Assembly (NCBI RefSeq): GCF_009914755.1
Contig: NC_060935.1
Direction: 5' to 3' (one strand)
Length of the DNA stretch: 64,000 nt
Source: the human T2T-CHM13v2.0 reference genome, Homo sapiens
Part shown: piece by piece, positions 53,415-64,000 of the stretch
Position numbering within the stretch: the stretch's first letter is position 1
How the letters are laid out: every line of letters starts with the position of its first letter
The notes under the pieces: model-generated
The model's database searches: none
Told to the model about the DNA's origin: nothing
What the model saw: only the letters and a program-made list of their open reading frames with translations
Program-made: the position numbers and the translations under genes

Positions 53415-55316
53415 GCATTAGTGGGCCAAATGATCTAGATTTTAGTTCTTACTTTGCTATTAATAAACTGTATCACTTTGGACAAATCATTTAATCTGTG
53501 TGCCTTTCATTTGCTACATTTTGGAGGAATTTGGACTAGGTGCTTTCTGTTCTACGCAGATCTAGAAATTTGTAATTCTGTTTGCTAGTACCATGTTTGA
53601 AGATGTATCCCCTTTTAATTAGGAGTAATGTATTGCTTTGTTAAATAGTAGTAAAAGAGAAGAAAATGTTAGGACACGTTTTTATGTAATTTTATTTACA
53701 AATTATCATGCTACATTTGGATGAAGGCACTTTACTTTCCTTCCTACTTTTTGGCAATGTATTTGTGATTTGAAACTAAAATTATTGCAATTGGGAACCC
53801 TTACTCTGTCATGACTGTATTATCTTTGCTTTAAAATAGATATATACAATTCTAATTTGGAAGGTGATTCAGTCTTCTGAATATATCACCATTATTGTCA
53901 TCTAGAAGTTGCTGCTATTAGAATTTTCCAGGAAGATAATTATGTTGGCTTTGATCATTATGATGAAACTTAAAAAATGTATAGCTGTTGGTTGGCAGAC
54001 TTTTTCTGTGTTTATTTTTTTTCTAAATGGGGAGACTGCTTATGATAAGATATTCATATCATTCAGTGATATCAAAATTTTGTCTAGTGTATTTACTACA
54101 TTCAAAGCATTTTAATTTAATAACATGGGGTTACCACATTTCATAAGTTGTTCAATGCTTTAAACACATTTTGGATTGCAAATAAATTCTGAAACTTCCT
54201 CCCTATCACCACTGTAATTAATTTTAGTTTTAGGAATAAAATTTGAACCACAAAACAAGTTTTCAGACATTTTCAAAATTTGTTCTAGAAATTTCACTAA
54301 TTAACAATATATTGTGGTCAGTTTAAAGTTATTTTAAGATAAATTAGAATTTCTTGAAAGTTATAGAAGGCTCTACAATGCTTTTTAGGAAAAGAATAAA
54401 GAAGAGAAACCCTAGTACTTGTAGAAAAGTAAATAAAATAAAGCTTGTCTGTCATAAACTGGAAATCTTCTGATGTCAAATTGCCTTTTTAACCTCCTTC
54501 TCTGTTTCTGTCTTCCTACCTGTTCTTTTTTTGTGATAGAGTTACTGGTTTGCAGAGTCTCTAGTATCTCAAACTGTCTTAGGAGTTGTGAAGTACATGG
54601 GCTTCTGAAAGAAAAGATTGTCTTAAATATAAAAATAAGTCATTATAAATGACCTCTTTTTTTTAAACAAGTTGCCTCTTTTCTTGATTTTCTTCCACAA
54701 ATACTTAAGTTTGCCTAAAATAATCTTTAGTTCCAAACTTTAAAGAATTGTTTGCAGAACAGGAAGCTAAAGAAATAATATTAATTTATTGTAGATATAG
54801 TATAATTCAGGATTCATTCTTAATATGAGAGAACAAATCAGTAGATCATGATATCACAGATAATGCATAAATACATTAGAAGATGTTCCAAATAATTATA
54901 TTCCTCAGCTCTTTTGTAAAGGAAATAGAATTTGAATAAGAAACAGTATGTTACTTCGGATTTTTTTTATCGACTGTGTATTTTAGAACAGCACTGTAAT
55001 TAGCATCTGCTTCTGAAATTTTAGACTATTATTTAATTTTTACATATGTAAGTTTATATTTACAGATATATATGGTTTCAAAGGTTATAGCATAATTAAA
55101 ATGTGGAAGAGTGCACTGATGAAACTTGTGTAACTTCTGGTATATACAGTTGTTTGATAACTTGCCATTTTTGTTTTACCTTAGGGGAAAGTTGACCTGT
55201 AATATATAGGACAACTTACCATGTTACTTCTCTGTGTGTTAACAGAGAATAGGAAATACACAAATAAGGGTTGTGTTTTCCTTCTCCTCTGAGTTACTTT
55301 TATTTTTTCCCCTTAG

Positions 55317-55448
55317 AATTCCTTGATCTATGAACTTTTCTCTGTTATGGTTCATTCTGGGAGCGCTGCTGGTGGTCATTATTATGCATGTATAAAGTCA
55401 TTCAGTGATGAGCAGTGGTACAGCTTCAATGATCAACATGTCAGCAGG
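55317..55448 (+). CDS. USP47: USP47 exon 12 (132 nt); His box, catalytic His codon 55377-55379, and FND motif
   Basis: ccttag|AATTCCTTG...AGCAGG|gtaagg; [44 protein letters not shown]. Confidence 0.97.
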
Positions 55449-55926
55449 GTAAGGAGGTGTCCTTTAAGATTATTACTCTGAAAGGTGGGAGTAAGGATGT
55501 TTCTAAACAACAGTAAAGTTTATTAAGAATGAGTGAATCTGTCTAGTGATACATCTTAAGACCCATATCAAATCTGTCTTTAATTTTTGCTTTTAGTAAA
55601 GTTCTTGCCTTTGTTTATTATTTCTTTGTTTTGCTTTGTTTTGTTTGGGGCTTGCTGAATATCTCCAGAGATAGACTACCAATTTTCCTCTGGGCCTGAA
55701 CCTTCATAGGTGCTACTTGTGCTTCACGTGTGATTAGGAATACTAGAACTGGCTGGCTGGTAAGCAGCCACTGATTATGATTAAATTTTGTGAATTGGTA
55801 GCTGTGTGAGCAATCATGAAGGTCTTTGATAGCATTTAACTCTGAGGCTAAAGATTGAGTTACATATTGACGTTAATGTGATAGTGTTATAGAATTTGCA
55901 AAAAAAATCATGTAACACATTTTCAG

Positions 55927-56003
55927 ATAACACAAGAGGACATTAAGAAAACACATGGTGGATCTTCAGGAAGCAGAGGATATTATTCTAGTGCTTTCGC
56001 AAG
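55927..56003 (+). CDS. USP47: USP47 exon 13 (77 nt)
   Basis: tttcag|ATAACACAA...TTCGCAAG|gtaagc; [25 protein letters not shown]. Confidence 0.96.
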
Positions 56004-56086
56004 GTAAGCAATTTCCTAATTTTCAGTGTTTAAAAGTTAGAATTAATTATAGCTTCTCAGTGTTTTTTTATCATCAAAGATTTAAC

Positions 56087-56306
56087 CAAGGGATTGAGGA
56101 ACTACAACCCATGAGCCAAATCCAACCTGCCTCCATATTTTGGAAATAAAGTTTGAACACTGACATAGCCATTTGTTTCTATATTATGTGTTAATGCTTT
56201 TACACTATAATAACATAGTTGAGTAGTTGCAGCACAGACCATATGGCCTGCAAAGCCTGTGATTTTTACTATTTGGTCCTTGCTGGAAACAACTTGCTGG
56301 CCCCTG
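56087..56306 (+). mobile_element. MER58A (hAT-Charlie MITE), intact
   Basis: ends caaggg...cccctg; internal gttgagtagttgcagcacagaccatatggcctgcaaagcct; TSD-like ga(t/c)ttaac. Confidence 0.82.
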
Positions 56307-56578
56307 ACTTAACTGTTGTATGTAGACATTCCAATACACAGTTTTGTTAAAGACTTTACTGTATTACCAAGAGGAGATACGGAATCTTCTCTAAATGTGA
56401 TAAGAGGAAACAGATTTTCCTCTTATCTGGAATGTTTTAAATCTCAGTGTGTCTGTGAACAGTGACATGATTTTCTAATTGTTTTTTAAAAAATCACAAT
56501 TTAAATATTTCATGCTTAGAAGTGGAATCTTTTTAATCTACTTTTTGTCCTTATTAATCTTTTTTATGTTTCTACTAG

Positions 56579-56634
56579 TTCCACAAATGCATATATGCTG
56601 ATCTATAGACTGAAGGATCCAGCCAGAAATGCAA
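56579..56634 (+). CDS. USP47: USP47 exon 14 (56 nt); NAYMLIY, end of catalytic domain
   Basis: tactag|TTCCACAAAT...AATGCAA|gtatgt; STNAYMLIYRLKDPARNA. Confidence 0.96.
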
Positions 56635-57524
56635 GTATGTTTACCTACAGTTATTTGATTTTAATTTGTGTTATAAACTAATTTCTTTTGTAAGTTTGCA
56701 AACCCAGATAACTACTTTTAAATGATAGGATAATTAAGTTGTTTTATGCCTGGAAGAATTATTTACAAAGACTGTTACAAAATAATACCAAATGTTAAGG
56801 ACCTTGAAAAAATGTTGTTGAATTATTTTTTAATATATGAAGAGACAAAACTACATTAAATAAATTGAATGTTTATTAGTAGTAAGATTATATTATGTGC
56901 AGTCTGATGTAGGGACGATAACATTTTTGGAATTATTGCTTTTAAAATATTGCAGTGTTTGTTTTTTCTTGCTAATTCTGACTCAGGCTGTATTACAAAT
57001 ATCTAGGGGGGTGTGTACAGATACATATACAGGTGATGTGTTTGCTCATAGTCTTTTCATAATTAAAAAAAATATAATCACAATCTTTGATTTCAGTATA
57101 TTTCCTTTGTTTAGACACTACCGTTGCTATTAGTAAATCTGTTTCAAGCATTATGTTTTTATTCACATTTTTGTAAACCCTCATTAGATGGTGAATTCAA
57201 TTGGTACAAGGCTTAGGACTTACTCATCTTTTCACATAAAGTATATTCTAGGATCTGTCATATAGTAATGTTCAATAATTTACTATGGAATTATTGAAAA
57301 AATAAATGGAAATTATAGTAAGTCATTTCAGAACAGAGATTTAAGAGCAGAAGTAATCATTTGTACTGTATTATAAAGAAACTACCCCAAAGAGTAAGCT
57401 GACCCAGGTCATAGCTATCTGGAAGCAGAGCCAGTATTGTAATTCATGTCCCTCACGTGGACCCAACCTTCCAATAGTGCAATAACTCAGCCTTCTTTTA
57501 CTCCCCCAACTCTAGTTTTGTTAT

Positions 57525-57543
57525 AAAGCACCAGAGGGCGCTG
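57525..57543 (+). promoter_or_regulatory. Candidate CTCF binding site
   Basis: AAAGCACCAGAGGGCGCTG closely matches the CTCF core CCACCAG(G/A)GGGCGC; CpG retained in a CpG-poor region. Confidence 0.6.
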
Positions 57544-57845
57544 TATGACATGACATGGAATATTTTTTAAATTAGAGTTCTTTCCTAGAAACAACAGCTT
57601 TTACCTTTTACGGACACATGCTGTTTTTGATAAAATTTTTTTCCCCTTTTTAATGCCAAATAATCATTGGCTTTATTAAATGGTGTCATAATTTCATATT
57701 GTCCCTTTGAATGCTTTGAGTTACATATGAAGTTGTAATTATTAAGAAAAACTTTCGTAAAAATGATTATATGTGAGTCTATAGTAATGATTTTTTGCAT
57801 ATACTTTATTCTTTTAACTAATTGTTTAAAAGTAGCCTCACAAAT

Positions 57846-58244
57846 TATATCAGGCTGTCCTCGCATTGCTATAAAGAAATACCCAAAACTGAGTAATTTA
57901 TAAAGAAAGATTTAATTGTCTCACAGTTCTGCAGGCTTTGCAGGAAGCATGATGCTAGCATCTGCTCAGCTTCTGATGAAGCCTCAGGGAGCTTTCAGTC
58001 ATGTCAGAAGGCAATATGGGAGCAGGCATTTCACATGGCAAAAGCAGGAGCAAGCAAGTTCCGGGGTTGGGGGAGGGGTGCCACACACTTTTAAATGACC
58101 AGAACTCATGAGAACTCAGTATGGCAAAGAAAGCACCAAGCCATGAGGCTTGACCCAGACATCTCCCACCAGGCCCCACCTCCAGTATTGGGGATTCCAA
58201 TTCAACATGAGATTTGGGCGAGGACAGATGTCCAAACTATATCA
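57846..58244 (-). mobile_element. MSTA-like solo LTR (ERVL-MaLR)
   Basis: cattgctataaagaaatacc...gagtaatttataaagaaag...caggaagcatgatgct...caacatgagatttgg...ccaaactatatca. Confidence 0.88.
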
Positions 58245-58886
58245 CATAATCATCACTTTTTGTATTCAAATGAATCTTGACCATATAGAGAGGGAGAAAT
58301 CCAATAGATGAAGGTGTCAGTTTTATGACTCTGCATTCTTTGGTTAGGAAGCAGCTAAAGACTGCTTTGAGAACACAGGAAAGATAATAGTAAACAAATG
58401 GGTAGTACTCAGTAGCAGCAACAGCAGCAGTATTTATTAAGTTTTATTGTATCTCAGGTAGTAACTTTATGGGGTAGATGATATTAATAAGCTGAAGAGA
58501 CCTACATTTGGAGAAGTAAACTTGCCCAAGGTCACACAGTTTGATGGGGATGGCATGATTTGAAGTCAGAAATTATTTTCAAGTTGCAGAGAGCTTTTTC
58601 ATTCTAAAATATTAATCCACATACTGGAGTTGTTCTGGAGCCAAGAGCCATTTTGAATAAATACATGGCTCTTTAAGATATGGACCTAACCATGTGTCCC
58701 TGTTAACTGTCTCTTAACCCTTTTCTGGACGAAGCTTGTATTCCAAGTTGAGAGAAGGATGTAATGGAGATATATCTCCGTGAGTGCTACAGTAGAAGTA
58801 TATACCATGAGAGCATAGTGAAGCAGGATGAATAAAGGCAGCTCAGTTTCAGTGACACTGTCTTATCCTGTTTTTATTACTAATAG

Positions 58887-58999
58887 AATTTCTAGAAGTG
58901 GATGAATACCCAGAACATATTAAAAACTTGGTGCAGAAAGAGAGAGAGTTGGAAGAACAAGAAAAGAGACAACGAGAAATTGAGCGCAATACATGCAAG
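58887..58999 (+). CDS. USP47: USP47 exon 15 (113 nt)
   Basis: taatag|AATTTCTA...TGCAAG|gttgaa; [37 protein letters not shown]. Confidence 0.95.
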
Positions 59000-59713
59000 G
59001 TTGAATTCCATCATTTTATTTTTAATTGAAAGTGCTATTTTTAAGCTCGCTTACCTGCAATTCTAATGACTAACTCATTGGGTTGATTCTGAGACAATTA
59101 TGCTATCATGATCATTGAACAATGTAACCAACTATACTATAAAGGTAAAATTTGATTTGATTTGATGTGTAAAAACCCAGTAACATGTAGTGACGGTGCT
59201 CAGTGCTGGTGAAGCCACAGTTGAGGTAGACACATTCTCTTATCCTACTAAAAGAAAATAAATCCGTAAAAACTGGATAGAAATTGAGTAGTATTTATCA
59301 AGAGCCTTAAGCAAAATCATATTTTTTAATATAATTTCTCTTATGGAATTACCTAAGGAAATAATCATAATTACTGTAATAATCTTGATTACAGGGATAT
59401 TCATTATAGCATTTTCCAAATTAGGGAAAAATTGGAAACAACAAAAATGTATATTGGTAGGGGAATGATTACATAAATATGATACATGCTTATAAGGAAA
59501 CATGCAGTTGTTAAAATTAATGTTTTTGAATTTTTGTATGGTGTGAGACATAATTGGTGTCAATTACTAAGTGAGAAAGAATAGATAGAAGAGTGATCTC
59601 AATTATGTTCTTTTAAAAAATTGCAGTATTTTGACAATTAGGAATAAATGCTATCTACGGAAGAATTGAACTTTGGAACTGCAGAGTTGATGATGATATT
59701 TTACATTTTCTAG

Positions 59714-59818
59714 ATAAAATTATTCTGTTTGCATCCTACAAAACAAGTAATGATGGAAAATAAATTGGAGGTTCATAAGGATAAGACATTAAAGGAAGCA
59801 GTAGAAATGGCTTATAAG
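59714..59818 (+). CDS. USP47: USP47 exon 16 (105 nt, phase 0/0)
   Basis: ttctag|ATAAAATTA...TATAAG|gtatgt; [35 protein letters not shown]. Confidence 0.96.
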
Positions 59819-60069
59819 GTATGTTTAATTGCATCATTGGCATTTACTTACTAATACAACAGTATTAACATAATTTCCCAAGTTTTTATAATGGATAATA
59901 GTTATATAAACACTGGCAGTAACCTTGGTAACTGGTTAATTTATCTCTTACCGAGTATATTTATACCTCTCCTTTGGAGCATAGTCAGTTGATTTTGAAA
60001 ATTTTCTCCCTCTGGAAGCCATTTGAAGTTTCTAGATCCCAGAATTAAAATTAGGAACAGAATGTTTAT

Positions 60070-60680
60070 TTGCTCTTTCTATTCATTTAACATACATTTC
60101 ATGAGTGTTTACTATATGAAACATTAGAGATATTAGAGTGAATAAGATAACATGAGGTGTTAGAGATACCAAAGTGAACAAGGCGTGGTCACTGCCTTCA
60201 TGGAGTTTACAATCTACTGGAAAGAACAGACAAAACGTACTTAAACATCACAGTTTGCAATTATTTTATTATTTAGATGCTATAAATACATTAGTAGTAA
60301 ATTGAGAAAATTTATTTTGAAACTTTAACCATGAGAAAGGGAGACAGCGATGCAAAAAGTTGAGGAAGAATATACTGGTCCATAGTCAGATGCGTTACCC
60401 ATTCCATCACTGGCCCATGCTCAAGGAAGAATATTCGAAGTAGAGTGAACAGCATGTGCAAAAGTGCTGAGGTGAGGAGATGCTTGGCACGTTTAAGAAA
60501 CTGAAGAAAGGAGCCCTATGTTTAGATTGTTTTGAGTGAGCACAGAGTACCATAAAATGAAATTAGAGATTTTGTGAAATAGAAGTTTACGTTTTGTTCT
60601 CTAAGAGTAGTGGAAAGTTATTAATGAGGTTTGAAAGGCAAATGGGGTCACTGCTGTTTCACCAGATCATTCTAAATGTC
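60070..60680 (-). mobile_element. L2 LINE remnant
   Basis: attcatttaacatacattt..gagtgtttactat, ctgccttcatggagtttacaatcta, gaacagcatgtgcaaaag..gagg motifs. Confidence 0.65.
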
Positions 60681-62185
60681 ATTTATGATACTTAACAAAT
60701 ATAAGTTTTCCCCTTTCCATATAAGCAGTAACAGAATGACTGAAATTAAACAGTCATTACCTAGAGAAAAAATTGCATACTACATCATTTTGTGTATAAT
60801 TATATGTGGAACCAATAACATAACTAAAAATAACACACAAGATAGCTGACATTGTTTCTGAAAGTGTGATCCAGTGCAATCTGCACCAGAGTCACATTCT
60901 TATTAAAAATGCTAATTGCTGCAGATGAATCAGAATTTCTCTGTTGGAGCCTGGAAATAGGCATTTTAACACATATCTCAGGTGATTCTTAGGCATAGTC
61001 AAGTTTGAGAATCACTTATATTATACATCTGGTCCTGCATAGCACTTATCAGTATTGAAATTTTACATTTAATTGTTTGACTATTTTAATTAATATTACT
61101 GCCCCTCACTAAACTATAAGCACATACAAGTGCAAAAACCATTCTGGTTTTGCTCACAGTTTTATTTTTAGTACTCTTCCCTGGTATATAGAATAGTCAA
61201 AATTGGTTGGGTATGTTGAATGGATAAATGAATGAACAAACATTAAGATGGATGGATGGCTCTGGATTTGCTTCATTTTGGTAAAAATTCTTTAAATATA
61301 ATGGTGGACTGCAAGCATTAGTCTTGAAAATAGGAAGTAAAAGTTCGCAAATAAAAAGAAACAAACAAACAGAAAAGAGAAATAAGTCAATCTTATATGC
61401 CAAAAATAGAGCTTCATTGTTGGGGATGGGGGTTGGGGAGGAGTAGAGATCAATGGGGATACGCTGAGGCTTACAAGTCCTTCTTGAAACTCATAATCAC
61501 AACCTTAAATGAACATTGAATACTTCTAAGCAATCCTACTGTGTTTCTCTAGGAGGCTTATTTCCTATCAAGAGAGTTGTTGCAACCAGGGTATGTCATC
61601 TATTGGTGACATAAGCTATAAGGAAATGTTATGATAGAAATTCCTATACCATGAGCTTTAAGTATTCTGGAGGCTAATATTGAAAGGGGATATCGTAGAA
61701 GCCAAACCCTTTGTGATGGCTTTATGAGACATGCTGTCCTCCTGTACTTAGATTGTTACTAGTTACATGAATTATCAATTCTACTCCAGATTGGATTAAG
61801 AAAACAAAAGGTGCATATTCTAGTTGGCTGTTTGGTTGTTTTCCTCTGTGTTTCCAGATTAGTTGATTATGAACAATAGTTACAATACATTGATTTTGTT
61901 TCTACACCTAAAGTTTATGATGTTAACTTTTTAAAAAATAAAAAATGTATTTAGTACATGCTTTATATGATTGGAGGGATAATGAAACATAATTATTTAA
62001 AAATAACATTTAAGTTGTGCCTGTAACTTTGATGTCTTTGATGCAAATCATAAATGTGTGGATTTTGTTAGGGCCTATTGTAATGTTATTCCCCAACAGA
62101 CTAAAACACTGTGTATTTATATATGTATATATATAAATATATATGTATATATATTTTTTCTTTCTGGGGGATTACTTTCTTTTAG

Positions 62186-62393
62186 ATGATGGATTTAGAA
62201 GAGGTAATACCCCTGGATTGCTGTCGCCTTGTTAAATATGATGAGTTTCATGATTATCTAGAACGGTCATATGAAGGAGAAGAAGATACACCAATGGGGC
62301 TTCTACTAGGTGGCGTCAAGTCAACATATATGTTTGATCTGCTGTTGGAGACGAGAAAGCCTGATCAGGTTTTCCAATCTTATAAACCTGGAG
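62186..62393 (+). CDS. USP47: USP47 exon 17 (208 nt)
   Basis: ttttag|ATGATGGAT...CCTGGAG|gtgagc; [69 protein letters not shown]. Confidence 0.96.
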
Positions 62394-64000
62394 GTGAGCA
62401 ATTTTACACTATTTTTAGTTGTTCTGTACTTAGAATTTTCATGAGAAAGTTTTTTTTTTTATTGTAGAAATGAACATAATTTAAATTTTGTATATGGTCT
62501 TAAAATGTAGAATAATTTTGACAGGTTGAGAAGTACTCAGCAACAGCTTGGAATTAAGTTCTAGATTACTTGCAAAGAGTTGTGTACATAATTTTAAAAA
62601 CAACAAAAAACAACAAAGCTTCTAGCTTACGGTCTTCAGTGGGTTTTTTCTTCTCCAGTGGGCGGTACTGAATCATTCTGGATGCTGTCAATCCCTAAAG
62701 TTATCAATTGCTCTCTTAGGAAGATCTCTCTTTCTCTTTCTTTCTCTTTATGGAGAAGACCTTGGTCCAAAAAAGTATATTCCCATAAAGTCTCAGAAGT
62801 AGAGGCTGTTTTTCAGGTCTTCTTTGGAAGGGTGGATTCATTATCCCATCACTGTCAGCATTTACAATTTTTCGTCATCCTCTCTATTTCTACAGGTCCC
62901 AGGGACTTCATCTTTTCTTTCTTCATTAAATCTATCACATTCACTCAGCACATTGAGTTTGTTATTTTTTTTTCTTTGAGACTGCTTAGGAAAACCAAAA
63001 TATCATGCCCCTAGTTTTCCCAGAGACAGTTTCCCTATAGACAGTTACATGGTCTGTTTTTGTCCAGAGTTTTCTATAATTACCATATGTAAATTGTAAC
63101 AAATAGAAGAAAAGCAGAATGTTTATATAATTTTACAAAATCCATACTGTTTTGTCTTGGCCCTAACTCCTTTGCATCAGTGGTTAGTGAGAATTAGGTT
63201 CTCTGTGTTTTTTCCCTAAAAGTTGAACTTACAAAACTTTATTCTGCCCTTTTACAATAATGTTCTTCTGTGGATCCTGTATATCTCCTTTTTAAATGAA
63301 GGCCTCTGTTTACAGAGTAGGTTAGATGTAGTATTCTTTCAAGGAGTCTACGGCTCTTAAGTGGGAAAATTTTATTTCTGGAAACCTTATGATGTCTACT
63401 TCGACTTCTAAGACTCTACCCTATCTATAAAGAGTCCCTTAAGGACATTTCCTTGCTTTTTTTTTTTTTTTGCTAGACAAGAAAAAGAATGATTAGGATA
63501 TAACATGAGTCAGCAGTAATACCACTTATTTGAAAGAGAACTCTAAATGCAAGTGTGGATTGTAAGACTTATAAAGTAGTCTTTATTCATTAATAATCAA
63601 GATCTTAGCAGAATATTTTGTCAAATTTAGATTAACAACGTAGGGAAAAAACTGAGGATTGACATAAAACATGAGGTTAAAACAGATACAGAATAACTGT
63701 GTATTAAGTACAATGTTTGAAGATCATTTATTTTTCAAGTGATTAAGAGTTTAATTGTAAACATAACCTTCTGAAAACAGAAGAGAATGGGATTAAATTT
63801 CAATATAAAAGATTTAAGTGAGAAAACAAAGGCATAATCAGAACAGTTTTTGTGTGGAATTTTCCTTGGGATATAGGAAATATTATTTTGAGGATAAGTC
63901 TTTGATGATGAACAAGGTGGCTTAATAAGGGGTTTGTTCAAAAGCAAGCAGGAGTGCTGTGTCACCTTTAATATTTGTTTTGCAGTAACTGGTGATTTAT

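Overview
Human genomic DNA, AT-rich and rich in repeats. It holds the middle of the USP47 deubiquitinase gene on the + strand: 16 coding exons (exons 2-17 in my recalled numbering of the ~1355-aa isoform), 2038 coding nt, all with GT-AG junctions and consistent phases. They encode the N-terminal UBL, the complete USP catalytic domain (Cys box TGC 20779-20781, His box CAT 55377-55379) and the start of the C-terminal UBL region. Introns contain a full-length sense L1PA13-like element, a near-full-length ancient L1MD with a nested L1MA, about 10 Alus/FLAMs, MER58A, MaLR LTRs, a 35-bp minisatellite and a young full-length antisense SVA (E/F-like) with 17-bp TSDs. The most notable unexplained signal is a ~380-nt element in intron 8 (30245-30620). 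It has several perfect 8-22 bp complementary blocks that sort into two crossing folds: one hides a branch point/acceptor and the other hides a consensus 5' splice site. It sits in the same intron where the productive exon-8 donor is weak and a stronger, stop-containing donor competes. Together these suggest an RNA-structure-gated unproductive-splicing (NMD) switch. This is inference, and no expression or conservation data were available.
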